64,000 nucleotides of DNA from Octopus sinensis (GCF_006345805.1 NC_043003.1:24862001-24926000); one strand, 5' to 3'; shown: positions 14,742 through 27,224, numbered from the stretch's first letter. The notes: generated by a model not told the origin, from the letters alone. Translations and numbers: made by a program.

Positions 14742-14841
14742 NNNNNNNNNNNNNNNNNNNNNNNNNNNNNNNNNNNNNNNNNNNNNNNNNNNNNNNNNNN
14801 NNNNNNNNNNNNNNNNNNNNNNNNNNNNNNNNNNNNNNNNN
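14742..14841. other. Assembly gap (100 N)
   Basis: Run of exactly 100 N. Confidence 1.
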
Positions 14842-14990
14842 ACCAGTTTGACCGGAAACTGTTGGGCTGCCGGACTGCATCAAGCTCCATGACCTGCTTT
14901 GGCATGGTTTCAACTGCTTGATGCCCATCTTACGCCAATCACATTACAGACTGTACTGGGTGCCTTTTTTGTAATGCCTAATAACTCATA
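14842..14990 (-). mobile_element. RTE 3'UTR fragment
   Basis: Reverse-complement similarity to 21900-22015 (GGCAcgtAAAAAGCACC...GGAGCcTGgTGCAG). Confidence 0.6.
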
Positions 14991-15041
14991 TGACATACAT
15001 ACACACATACATAAATGTATATGTACATATATACATATGTA

Positions 15042-15085
<44 letters not shown>

Positions 15086-15468
15086 CACACACACACATAG
15101 ATCGGTTTATGTATTAGCGAATAGATATAGTATGTATGTAAATATGATATATATATATGTGTGTGTGTGTATACAATATATGTATATGTAGGCACATGTA
15201 CACATACACACACACATACACATATATTTATTGATATCTACATACAAAACATGCATGCACATACATAAATATATATATTATATATATTATATATATATAT
15301 ATATTATATATATACACATATATATATACATATGTACACATATGTTCACAATACACCACACATACATATTTAACAAAAAAAAACCACAAAAGCAAATGAC
15401 CATCCCAAATACAACTATAAATATATGTGTGTGTGTGTTGTGTGTATTATATATGTATATATATATAA

Positions 15469-15504
<36 letters not shown>

Positions 15505-15632
15505 ACACCAAACATATATTATATATATATAGAGAGGAGAGAGAGAGAGAGAGATAAATAGATAGACAGACAGACAGACAGACAGATAGATACATAGATA
15601 GTTAGATAGATATGCATACATACATACATACA

Positions 15633-15663
<31 letters not shown>

Positions 15664-16059
15664 CATAGCTCTCAGTTGGAAGTGAATGTGACGTGGTAGC
15701 TGTGAGCTATGCTTCTGCTACTTGTTGGCTATGCAGTTGTGAGCAGGCATAAATGGTCTCTCGATTTTCTTGCCCTTGCCCCAGTGAAACATTAAGGATA
15801 CGGGATCTGGAAGATGATAGGACTGTACCAACTAGTGATGTGACTGGAACAACCTGAAATATTTGAATGAATTAACTTGCTGAAGGACACAACTCTTCAC
15901 CTGGTGTAGAAATTGAACCTGTGTGTGTGTGTGTGTGTGTGTGTGTTGTGTGTATACATGAGAAGTATTTAGCCAAGAATTATGTCCCATTACTGGCATG
16001 GTACTGAAGGTTTTTGATAGAGTTTACTACTTTGGTGGTCACTGAGGAAGCTTGCAATT

Positions 16060-17215
16060 GATGAATGGCTTGTGAGAATTGTACAAATTATCTACAAAGA
16101 TGCTGTCAGAAAGGTGAAACTTATTAAGTATAGTGATGAATTCTTTGTGGAAGTGTGAGCGCACTAAGGCTTAGTTCCCTGCCACCTTCTGTTTGTTATA
16201 GTCTTCCAAAGGCAGCGAGCTGGCAGAAACGTTAGCACGCCGGGCGAAATGCGTAGCCGTATTTCATCTGCTGTTACGTTCTGAGTTCAAATTCCACCAA
16301 GATCGACTTTGCCTTTCATCCTTTCGGGGTCGATAAATTAAGTACCAGTTATGCACTGGGGTTGATGTAATCGAATTAATCCATTTGTCTGTCTTTGTTT
16401 GTCCCCTCTGTGTTTAGCGCCCTTGTGGGTAGTAAAAAAATATATAGTCTTCCAAGGAATAACAGAGGGAATTTAAGACTGGCTATGTATGATAAGTCCT
16501 TTATGTTGGTGATCTAGTTTATACACCCCAATTTGTAGTAGAATTAGAAAAGAAATTACAGACATAGCAACAAAACCTAGAATGAAAGAACCTCAAAGTG
16601 AATTTAGCAGAAACTAAGGTGACAGAAAATACAGAATAAGAAAGGAAACAGCCATGCTTGACGTGTAGAAAAGTAGTAGGTAGAAATTCCATAATGTGTA
16701 CTCAATGTAAACTGTGGACACACAAGAGGTGTGGTGGAATTTCAGGTTGGTTAACAGAGAAACTAGACTTCACATATGACAGGTACTCAGGGGCTGTGAG
16801 TAATAGGAGCACATGCAAAATGGACTCCTTCCAATACCCAGGTGGTAGTTCTCTAAAGGTAGTTGATAGCTTTTGTTGCCTGGAAGGCCTAAGCAGCAAT
16901 GATGGTGAGTGTCCTGAAAGTATAATAACCAAAAAAAAAGAACTGGTTGGAAAAAGTTGTGCAAGACAGAAGACTTGAAACGGGCATGTGATGTATAAAG
17001 CAGCAGAGAGTTGTATGAAGTAGTGCAGTGTGGTACTCAAAGCGAATGGCATCTCGAGAAACCAAGCAATACTTGGAATGAAATTACGAAGACAAATTTG
17101 AAGATATTGCTTCTCGCAGAGGAGATGACAAAGGATTGCATTGACTGGCAACATGTTGTGTGGGGGAAGACCTACCTGCTGATCCTGGTATAGCATAATG
17201 GATGTTAAAATTGTG
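16060..17215 (+). mobile_element. Degraded RTE LINE ORF2 (RT domain, Cys/His finger, C-terminus), interrupted by a SINE
   Basis: Motifs DEWLVRIVQ.IYKDA, VIVFQGITE.EFKTG, LYVGDLV (YADDL), NLE.KNLKVNLAETKV, CRKVVGRNSIMCTQCKLWTHKRC, VVDSFCCL and TWNEITKTNL, then a degenerate 3' end. Confidence 0.85.
16210..16442 (+). mobile_element. SINE family A with 13-bp TSD
   Basis: Full GGCAGCGAGCTGGCAGAAACG...GTGGGTAGTAAAAAAA. TSD TATAGTCTTCCAA at 16197-16209 and 16443-16455. Confidence 0.95.
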
Positions 17216-17285
17216 AACATGAATATATGTATTTGTATATGTATATATGTAGACAAATAAAACAATGTGTATGAGTGTGGATATC

Positions 17286-17501
17286 TCTTTTACTCTTTCA
17301 CTTGTTTCAGTCATTTGACAGTGGCCTTGCTGGAACACCGCATTTAGTCGAGCAAATCAACCCCAGGACTTATTCTTTGTAAGCCTAGTACTTATTCTAT
17401 TGGTCTCTTTTAATGAACTGCTAAGTTACGGGGATGTAAACACACCAGCATTGGTTGTCAAGTGATGGAGGGGGGACAAACACAGATGCACAAACATATA
17501 C

Positions 17502-17544
<43 letters not shown>

Positions 17545-17722
17545 CATATATATATACACACATATATACGACTGGTTTCTTTCTGTTTCTGTCTACCAAA
17601 TCCACTCACAAGGCTTTGGTCGCCCCGAGGTTATAGTAGAAGACACTTGCCCAAGGTGCCGCGCAGTGGGACTGAACCCGGAACCATGTGGTTCGTAAGC
17701 AAGCTACTTACCACACAGCCAC
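17286..17722 (-). mobile_element. SINE family B
   Basis: Head GTGGCTGTGTGGTAAGTAGCTTGCTTACGAACC, internal TA/CA microsatellite, tail ...GACTGAAACAAGTGAAAGAGTAAAAG. Confidence 0.92.
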
Positions 17723-17747
17723 AGTCGTATATATGTGTGTATATATA

Positions 17748-17825
<78 letters not shown>

Positions 17826-18964
17826 GGTATATGTATGTACATATATATGCTTGTATATGTATATGTATGTGATATGTATACGCATATGCATGCAATTGCT
17901 TATGTGTGTGTGTATGAATGTATGTGTATAATTATAGTCAAGTCTATATCATTGGCCTCTTTGCTAGCTTCTCATCCCTGTAACAGCTCTATCTCTTATT
18001 CCTCTATCACATGTTCTTCTTATCACATATCCCTCATATCATTCATCTCCCTATCACCCCTGCTACTCTCACCTTGCCTCTATACTATGTATCTCTCAGT
18101 CACTCCTCTGAGTTTCATTGAACTTAGCTGATGTAACAAAGGTTGGCAATGAATGTCTGTCTTCTGGTCATCATACATTGCTTTCAGTGTACTCAGGGAT
18201 GGCACTCGCCTTCTTTGACCCTATCTCTCTCTCATCCCCCCTTTCTCGCTCTCATCACTCTTCTCTCTCATCTCTCCTCTCTCTAGCCCTCACTCTCAAT
18301 CCCTACACTTCTCTCTCTCCTACACCATCCCTTTCTCATTTTTACAATCTTGGCTCTATTGCCCATCTTGAGGTTTATTCATAAGGGACCTCATTATAAA
18401 TGCATGAACCTCCTCACCCTGCACTCAACAAATACTCCCTTATCTAGCTGTTTGATATTGATATGTATCACTCGTTCTCATCACTTGTCCATCTCTTGCT
18501 ATCTGTCATGCTCTGATCTCCTCTCTTTCATAGTCCTGGTGTCACAATGAAATGCAACCAGTGCACTCTCTTCAGTGCAGAGCAAAGAGGCACTTTTAGT
18601 CTTGTTGAAGACATGACACTCTCCCATGTGTCAGTGCTACAAAAAATGGATCTGGCTGAAGACATGACACTCTCCCGTGTGCTGGTGCTACAAAAAATGG
18701 ACCCAGTGCACTCTGTAAAGTAGTTAGAGTTAGCAAGGAGATTTAGCTGTAGAAACCAAACCAAAAAATGAAATTTGCAAGCAAGGTATCCTCCAAACTA
18801 GGAGAGCAGCACCAGTGACTTGTCCAAACCATACCAACATAGAAAGCAGACATAAAACAATACTTTCATGTGTGTGTGTGGTGTGTGTGTGTATACACAA
18901 AGACACATATCAACATATATATGATACAATTGTGTAAAGTAAAGGTAATGGTAAAGTTATTTTC

Positions 18965-19193
18965 TTGATTCGATACCAACTCATAAGGGCCAGTTTCATG
19001 GTGTATATACTCTCCACCTGGACGGGACGCCAGCCCGCTGCACGATTACTCCTTTTTGCCAGCTGAGTGGACTGGAGCAACGTAAAAGGAATGCTTTGCT
19101 TAAGAACACAACGCATCGCTCGGTCCAGGAATCGAGACTATAATCTTACGATCATGAGTCCAATACCCTAACCACTAAGCTATGCGCCTCCAC
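18965..19193 (-). mobile_element. Chimeric SINE (family D-type head and body, family C-type tail)
   Basis: tRNA head GTGGAGGCGCATAGCTTAGTGGTTAGGG, body GTTCTTAAGCAAAGCA..GTTGCTCCAGTCCACTCAGCTGGC, tail CTGGCGTCCCGTCCAGG shared with 28158 and 31960. Confidence 0.8.
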
Positions 19194-19397
19194 TGTACAG
19201 TTGTGAAACACTGAAAGAGGAGAGAATGCATTTTGAAAGTATTATGCAGATGATGGGGTGTGTTAAAGGGCACTGCGCGCCCATACATCAATGGATGTGG
19301 TGTGAGAGCCTGTATGCTCCCCAGGAAAATGTTTCGCTATCAGAATGAATTTAGGGTTAGGGAGAATGAAAGGTTTATGGGGACAGAGCATAAACTT

Positions 19398-19827
19398 CTT
19401 TAATCCCTAGCTGACGACAGGAGGAGTAGGCTGTCCTCTCATGTAATACATTATTGTGGGTGCCGCTGGGTGACAGACTTTGGTGATTATGTTATTCCAC
19501 AGTTTCCAATCAACGGCGCTGGCCTTAGCATGCTTGAGGTCAAGGTGCTGCGACTTCAAGTCTTCCTCAAATTTGCTTCGCCCGTGTCTTTCCTGGCGTG
19601 TGGTCTCCCCTCTCTTGTTCAGTGTTGTCCCTGATGTCGTCCTGCGGCAGGCTTTCGGGGGACGGCGATGAGCGTGCAGTTCGATACCGGCGGATCTGTA
19701 ACCGACCTCGTGTTCGCCGACGGCGGTGAAAATGGCGCTGCCGGTGACGCTGAGGCTACAGATGCCTTGTGCAGCATTGCCCGCTTCGCTCGGCCTTGTG
19801 ATCTCAGGATCGGCACGGACGAAACGA
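19398..19827 (-). mobile_element. RTE-like LINE insertion with 5' inversion and 11-bp TSD
   Basis: TSD AGCATAAACTT at 19387-19397 and 19828-19838. Plus strand ~19594-19827 encodes RT motifs (GCVVSPLLFSVVPDVVLRQA; VTDLVFAD; DLRIGTDETK). Minus strand ~19599-19407 encodes the ORF2 C-terminus (KT.AKQI.EEDL...AVDWKLW). Confidence 0.8.
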
Positions 19828-20279
19828 AGCATAAACTTTAGGGATAATATCAATATCTGACTGGTCTTCGACGATGTATAATCAATCTACGTTCCTATTT
19901 TGGTTACAATTTGTCTCATGATGACGAAATTTTGTGACAGATATCTAACTGAACTTGCTACATCCCCATACTATAATATACATGCAGGTTTCATTTTATT
20001 CGTGTCACTCAGATTTGATATGAAACCCTGTTGTAACTAAGCATGGTTCCAGTCCCGAAGCAACAGTTTATTAAATAAAATTTAAATGATTTTATATTTA
20101 GACTCATCTTGATTTTAGGCACCTGAAGAAATATTAGCAGACTTTCTAAACTGAGTTCACAATGCGACCCTATATCTTTGCAGTTCTTGGTTATATTTCT
20201 GTTGCTGAACAGCGAAACCTAAGGTACATAATTGCCTGGTTTTCAACTTGGAAGCCTACACTCTAAACCAAATTTCTTT

Positions 20280-22900
20280 TACAAGGTCCCGCAGAGCTCT
20301 GTGGAATTAAAAGCTTCGAGTTTGGCGGATCATTTTGCCCTCAGTTATCTAGAAAGTTTCTGTTTTATTTCATTTCTCATACTGTAACTCACTCTCTATT
20401 TGTCCTTTGACTGCCTTCTACTTCACATTATCTTTGCGTGACAACGAACAAACACACATAGCTAATTATTATATGTGGATAATTATGATTTGGATGTTCT
20501 ATTCACCACAAAGTTTCAGCCCAGCTTGCAAGCGATCATTGATCAATGATCGTAAGCGGGTTAAAAAAAACAACAACTTGAAGGGCTTTTAAATCACAAG
20601 CAGTATTATGGAAGTTTATGATAATGGCCTTCGACTTGCTTTTGAACATGATACATCCGATAACCAAGAAATTATTTATGTAAATTTTGATTCGTAACCT
20701 ACCTTATCACCTCTTGCCCCAACTACTTGATTCTGTTTATCAACCATGTTAATGCATGGTTTCAAGTTTCACTATCGTATCGAAGTTTTCATGAATTGGT
20801 TTCACAGATTCCGTCCGGGAACTCCACTGAGTTTCAAATTCAGATTTACAAATACTATTATGGCGTCTTTCTTCTTTCACTAACGGAGTGTCCAGCAAGA
20901 GAAGAATAAATAATCGAATGAATTGCTTTATATATGGTTAGCAGTACGCATTCCAACAAAATTGAGTGGATGATTACTGCAGTTTACAAAAATAACTTTG
21001 CGATATTTTTTCCTCTGTTGAAGATTGTTTTCATAACCAGCCATAACTGCAGCATTGCCACAGCATTGTGACCGACAGTTTTACAATGGCCTTTCGTCTC
21101 TTCCAATTTGGACGATAATTTCTGCTATCATATTTCCAACATCCTTTCATTTTGATTGGACGAATTCATGAAAAGATGTTTGCTAAAAACAGTTGTTGTC
21201 TCCTCGAAATCATTATCCATGTAATGCTTTGGATGTCCATCTGGAGTAGAGTCAAACAGGAGGCCAAAATACTTAGACTTACGAATGAATGTTATATAGA
21301 CATATGTGGTGAATCGTAGAATCCAGCAATTGAATGAATTTCATTTGTGGTGTGCAAGAGAAACGTTTGTGCTGGTATGGTCATGTACTGCGGATGGATG
21401 AGGAGAGATGTGTGAAGAAGTGCCACTCCCAAACAGTTGAAGGTATCCGGGGGAGAAGTAGACCTAGGAAGACATGGGATGAGGTGGTCAACCATGACCT
21501 TCGAACGTTGGGCCTCACAGAGGCAATGATGAAAGACTGAGATCTCTGGAGATATGCTGTGACTGCGAAGACCGGGCAAATAACATGAGTTCATGGCTGT
21601 TTCCTGCACCAGTTTCACATAGCAGGCCCAGTCCACCCAAAGTACCTTGAATTGCAGAACGACCTGCTGTGCTTACCTCGGATCGTAGGGTGACCTGCTG
21701 TGCTTGAGGAGACCTATTGAGTCAAGTACATCAACATCAAAATAAATATCAAATGGAAATTGTAGCCGGCGGCACATAAAAAGCGCCATCCGAACGTGGC
21801 CGATGCCAGCGCTGCATTGACTTGCTTCTGTGCCGGTGGCACGTAAAAAGCAGCAACCGATCGTGAACGCTGCCAGACTCCCCTGGCACCTGTGCCGGTG
21901 GCACGTAAAAAGCACCTACTACACTCACGGAGTTAGGAAGGAAACACTGCTAGATCAGACTGGAGCCTGGTGTAGCCTCCTGGCTTTCCCAGACCCTAGT
22001 CGAACCGTCCAACTCGTGCTAGCACGGAAAACGGACGTTAAACGATGGTGATGATGATGATGATGATGATGACTAACGGAAGGAAATATATTCTTCCAGG
22101 ATTACTTTTCCCCCGTTACTGAGATGCACTTCAACGAGAGGACCAAACTTTGCCAACAATTTAAGTAACCCAGCGAAATTTTTCGAAATTACTGTCCTGT
22201 TCCTGTCAATACGATTTCATATTTCCACACAGTGCCAGGTTTTGTGGTGCTAAACTTTATGCAATGGAGAATTCTGTGGAGAATATCTCGCCATTTTTAA
22301 ATGTTATCTGAGCTTGAAGATATATGTCAATGATTCCACAATTTTCTAAAAGATTTCTATGACCTTTCACTTATTTCGAAAATACCAAATCTAATGTAAA
22401 CGTTTCTGTCTGCATGGCCTCGGACAAATTAAAATTTTCTTAAATATTTTGTTCCACTCCAAAGTAATTTAAACTGTTATGTTGAGTAGCATTTTAATAT
22501 AGACTGGGCTATGTTTTTCTGTTTTACGACATTCAAAAATTAAGTATTTTCTATCTCTTTGAAAGATGCAACCAGCCTAGTGTCTTCATACTATACTATT
22601 ACCTGCTGAACGATACCGAAACTAAACATCTTAGGTCGATAGTGTACATTAGCGCCGAAATCTAATTTGAATTGCATAAAAATTGATTCTGGAAAGATAT
22701 TCCGTCCGGTACGGAGTTGGCTTAATTTACACTCATTTCTGATGCTGTCAATACTGATGTAAAACAAGGTTGTTCATGAAATGACATTACAAAGCTCCAG
22801 ATTTGTTTGGCTTCTGCTTCTTGCATTTTTCTTTTATTCTTGGCTTCTACGGCGCACAATTCTATTATAAAGACATTATAATGCGACTGCATGCCGCAGA
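20280..22900 (-). mobile_element. Degraded hAT transposase, interrupted by an RTE
   Basis: Minus-strand motifs GNFEKFAGLLKLLAKFGPLVEVHL, KSKYFGLLFDSTPD, NAAVMAG, VIFVNCSNHPLNFVG, ETQWSSRTESVKPIHENFD and NFHNTACDLKALQ. There are many stops and frameshifts, and the outer limits are approximate. Confidence 0.75.
21315..22072 (+). mobile_element. 5'-truncated RTE LINE (C-terminus, 3'UTR, (GAT)n tail)
   Basis: CGVQEKRLCWYGHVLRMDEERCVKKC...RGRSRPRKTWDEVVNHDL, three GCCGGtGGCACgTAAAAAGC blocks in the UTR, and the end GGACGTTAAACGATGGTGATGATG. Confidence 0.92.
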
Positions 22901-23263
22901 AGCTAATATCCGCCGTTTTAAGGGTAATTTCTATTGAAGCCAGAACAAGAATTGTCTTTAAAAATTATAGATATTTGCACTCTTTGGTGGTTGTAGAAAA
23001 ATAGTCTCACATAATGCAGTCGCAATAATTTTCTGACCATTATATCAATTGCAGCGAGCAAGATACATATTAGCCATTAAAAAACACAAGTTGTTAACTT
23101 TACTTAGACATTTACTATTTGGTGTCTAAAAACTTCCATCGCATGAACTGCAACCTTGTCACCGACAAGATTACACTGCATATCTCTTGTCAGTGACCAT
23201 GTCGCAGTTCAAGCGGCGAAAATTGTCACACCACATTACAAACAATAAACGTTTAAGGGTAGA

Positions 23264-23458
23264 GGCGAGCTGGCAGAATCGTTAACAGGCCGGGTAAAAT
23301 GCTTAGCGATATTTCGTCTCTCTTCATGTTCTGAGTTCAAATTCCGCCTTTCATCCTTTCGAGGTCGATAAAATAAGTACCAGTTGAACACTGGGGTTGA
23401 TCCAATCGACTAGCTCCCATTCTCGAAATTGCTGGTCTTGTCCCGAAACCAATATATT
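23264..23458 (+). mobile_element. SINE family A (short-tail variant)
   Basis: GGCGAGCTGGCAGAATCG...CTGAGTTCAAATTCCGCC...GTCGATAAAATAAGTACCAG. Confidence 0.85.
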
Positions 23459-24109
23459 GAACCGACCTTTGAAGTTTATTAATATTTTTTCCTGTTTTTA
23501 TCTTCCCTCTGCTTAAATGATTATGATTTTCGTAATTAGCATGAAAAATCTGAGTAAAAAGTTACCAAAACATCGGATCAGTTATACAAAACCGAAAATA
23601 CCTGGGCTGTGAGTTTTCATGCTTTTGTTTTTCTGTCTTTTGTTTTTAGAGAGTAGGTCACCGTCAGATAGTCACGGTTCCTTCCGTGGCTCTCAGACTT
23701 GAGGACCAATAATGTTAGCTGCCTCCACCCAACACACACTCACTAATATCTGTATACATCAGTGCACCGTAATCTTTTTTTACTTGCGGTACATTTATAT
23801 TCTTTTCAAAAGCACACCTAGGGAAAAAAAATATATATTCAGGTTATACTTCGGCACACTTAGCATCGTCTCGTGGCACACCAGTGTGCCGCGGCATATC
23901 AGTTGCAGAGCACCAATATATATATAATACTAATTGCATTACATCATAGTTACATTATACAAACTTACATCATGTCTGAGCAACACCTATGCTGATTACT
24001 CGCATATAAGATCAGAATTGATTTGGGTTCAAAAATCAAATCAAAATCCATGATATTGGACTTTTTGGTAGTTGGACAATTCGTCGACAGACAGTTGGCC
24101 GATAGGACA

Positions 24110-24245
24110 ATTGTGTGGTAGGGTGCAGAGTGCTGTTGCCAGACATAGGGTGTTCCAGCAGCAAGTCTCTCGACCCAGGGCAGCACAACCTCCTCCAGGC
24201 ACTTGATGAAGGCCTCCGTGTTGAGTCTGAGACTGTGTGAGAATT
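24110..24245 (-). mobile_element. Tc1/mariner (maT/rosa-like) transposase fragment
   Basis: LRLNTEAFIKCLEEVVLPWVERLAAGTPYVWQQHSAPYHT, the region around the second catalytic Asp (QQDSAP). Confidence 0.75.
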
Positions 24246-24683
24246 GTCTGTCGGCGAATTATCTGATCAGGGGACTTTTAACGATTACGTAATATCTTTT
24301 TCAGAAAACTTAGGTAAACATAACTAATGATATGTCTATCAGTTTCGCTACGGATCATTAATATGTAGCAACGAAGCAAGTCCTACCACTATCACTTGAC
24401 ATGAAATGGTAGTCCAGTACAAGAAATCACGTTCTTTATGGTAATCTTCCAAGAGTTACAACCACTATAAGGAAAGGGGGAGTGAGCTTTTGTGAACATT
24501 GCTTTCGTTGCAGCGATGAAGTAATGATCCACATGCTGGCTAGGGGCCTAGGGGTCGTTCTGCCACGACATTTATTAATCAACTGGTTGAAGATACTTGT
24601 CTATTGAAGAGCGATCTATCAAGAAAAATGCAGGACCGGGAATTCTAGAGACAAAGTAGTCAATAGTATTCGTCTGTGGACGA

Positions 24684-24792
24684 CGCAGCAGTAGTAAAAG
24701 CAGCAGCAGTAGCAGTAGTAGTAGTACCAGCAGCATCAAGAGTAGTAAAAGCAGCAGCAGCAGCAGCAGGAGCAGTAGTAGTAGTAGTAGTA
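24684..24792. repeat. (GCA)/(GTA) trinucleotide microsatellite
   Basis: Mixed GCA and GTA runs. Confidence 0.9.
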
Positions 24793-25034
24793 GGTCTTTG
24801 TTGGCTTCAGGATCTTTTGTTAACCAAGGCACTAAGTGGTGTTTTAAAGTATACAATCGAGTGTCTTCATTTATCATTTATAGTATTACATAGAGAGTGA
24901 ATGTATTCGATAGTGAAACTAAATCTATTGGTTCAATATTGTACTTTAGCGTCGAAAATTAAATTTGAATCTTATGACATATATTTCCATCGTTTACATA
25001 CTTATTACATGGAGAAAGTAGATATATAGATATA

Positions 25035-25264
25035 TATTTCTTTATCGCCCACAGGAGGCTAAACACAGAGGGGACAAACAAGGAAAGACAAACGGATTAA
25101 GTCGGTTACATCGACACCTAGTGCGTAACTGGTACTTAATTTATCGACCCCGAAAGGATAAAAGGCAAAGTCGACCTCGGCGGAATTTGAACTCAGAACG
25201 TAACGGCAGCCGAAATACCGCTAAGCATTTCGCCCAACGTGCTAACGATTTTGCCAGCTCGCCG
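25035..25264 (-). mobile_element. SINE family A
   Basis: Full-length reverse copy, head-to-head with the family B copy at 25266. Confidence 0.92.
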
Positions 25265-25265
25265 C

Positions 25266-25422
25266 ATGTGGTTAGGAGCTTGCTTCCCAACCAGATGGTT
25301 CCGGGTTCAGTCCCACTGGCTGGTATCTTGAGTAAGTGTCTTCTGTTATAGCCTCGAGCCGACCAAGGCCTTATGAGTGGATTTGGTTGACGGAAACTGA
25401 AAGAAGCCCGTCATATACATAC

Positions 25423-25453
<31 letters not shown>

Positions 25454-25596
25454 TATGTTTGTGTGTCTGTGTTTGTCCTCCCACCATCGCTTGGCAACCG
25501 ATGTTGGTGTGTTTACGACCCTGTAACTTAGCAGTTCGGTAAAAGAGACTGATAGAATAAGTACTAGGCTTACAATAGCATGGCCTGAGTAAAAGA

Positions 25597-25629
<33 letters not shown>

Positions 25630-26215
25630 TGTGTGTGTATGAATATACATATTTGCGTATACATTCACATTTATACAAGCATACACATACTTGCACGCAA
25701 ACATAGACACACACACACACACACACTGATCTACATTACATTTATACATAGGCGCAGGCATCGATCGCAGTGTGGTCTTGGGTTCTGTCCCACTGCGCCG
25801 TATCTTGGTCATGTGTCTATAACTGTAGTGGTGGGACAAACAAAGCCTTATGAGTGGGTTTGGTAGACAACTGAACGAAACCCGTCCATCGTGTATGCAT
25901 GCGTATATAAATACAGAGAGAGGGGTGGGGACAGCGAGAGAGGGAGAGAGAGGGGTGGGGAGAGCGAGAGAGGGAGAGAGAGAGAGATTCATTTGTGTCT
26001 GGGTGTCTGTGTTTGACTCCAGCACTGCTTGACAAACGGTGTTATTTTGTACACTGTCCCGTGAATTGGGGCTTCGGCCAAAGAAGCCGATAGAATAAGT
26101 ACAGGGCTTTTAGAAAGAAAATAAGTGCTGGGTTCGATTTGTTCAACTGGACCCTAAAAGACAATGTCCCAGCATAGTCGCTGTCCAATTATTAAAACAA
26201 GCAAAATATTAAAAA
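25266..26215 (+). mobile_element. Two SINE family B copies (25266-25575 and degenerate ~25750-26215)
   Basis: GTGGTTAGGAGCTTGCTTCCCAACC...GTACTAGGCTTACAA, then a second diverged copy with (GA)n expansions. Confidence 0.8.
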
Positions 26216-26243
26216 AAAACTATGTGTGTGTGTGTGTGTGTGT

Positions 26244-26560
26244 GATTCCCAGACCGGGCGTTGTGAGTGTTTATTGAGCGAAAACACCTAATACTCCATG
26301 AGGCTCCGGCAGGGATGGTGGTGATCCCTGCTGTACTCTTTCACCACAACTTTCTCTCACTCTTACTTCCTGTTTCTGTTGTACCTGTATTTCAAAGGGA
26401 CGGCCTTGTCACTCTCTGTGTCACGCTGAATATCCCCGAGAACTACGTTAAGGGTATACGTGTCTGGAATGCTCAGCCACTTACACGTTAATTTCACGAG
26501 CAGGCTGTTCCGTTGGTCGGATCAACCGGAACCCTCATCGTCGTAACCGACGGAGTGCTT

Positions 26561-26563
<3 letters not shown>
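26244..26563 (+). mobile_element. SINE family C (tail type i), 5'-truncated
   Basis: GATTCCCAGACCGGGCGTTGTGAGTG...CGACGGAGTGCTTCCA followed by (TA)n. Confidence 0.9.
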
Positions 26564-26629
<66 letters not shown>

Positions 26630-26630
<1 letters not shown>

Positions 26631-26959
26631 CCTTGCGCTGTCTTACTACACTCGTCTGATAGTCGAAATACCCTTTCAGGTGTCTACTTATTTGTTTTCA
26701 TATAGTATGTGCATTCGTTTACCTTACCCAGGGGTTAATGCTTTTAGCTTGAGTCCTTGGTCCAGCCGGTTTCGAGTAATATCGGAAATAAATGAGCGAA
26801 ACTATATGGACATTCCAGATTTCGACTGAAGAGGCAATTGGCTGCGAATGATCCGTGTATCGTGGTTTGTCCTGTTTGCCGTTGTCGTCCTTTTCCTGCA
26901 TGTTGTGTTTTGACGGTTTCCGTTTGTTGTGTTTTTTTTGTGTTCTACCTTTGATTTAT

Positions 26960-26960
<1 letters not shown>
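26630..26960 (+). mobile_element. Microsatellite-flanked repeat, probably a Penelope-like terminal fragment
   Basis: Shares GGCTGCGAATGATCCGTGTATC...TTCTACC with the reverse copy at 60755-60915, and is bounded by (TA)n and (CA)n. The classification is inference. Confidence 0.45.
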
Positions 26961-26994
<34 letters not shown>

Positions 26995-27224
26995 ATTTCT
27001 TTATTGCCCATAAGGGGCTAAACATAGAGGGAGCAAACAAGGACAGACAAAGGGATTAAGTGGATTACAACGACTCCAGTGCGTAACTGGTACTTAATTT
27101 ATCGACCCCGAAAGGATGAAAGGCAAAGTCGACCTCGGCGGAATTTGAACTCAGAACGTAACGGCAGACCCTATACGGCAACGCATTTCGCCCAGCGTGC
27201 TAACGTTTCTGCCAGCTCGCCGCC
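26995..27224 (-). mobile_element. SINE family A
   Basis: Full-length reverse copy. Confidence 0.92.

Noticed and set aside
19600-19830. Bacterial contamination or HGT gene suggested by ~62% GC
   Set aside because: The segment encodes LINE RT motifs and lies inside a TSD, so it is a retroelement. Its origin remains open.
26826-26856. Hammerhead-like CUGAAGA...GAAU (also 14650-14674 on minus)
   Set aside because: GAAA is replaced by GAAU, and I could not form a stem I or stem III.
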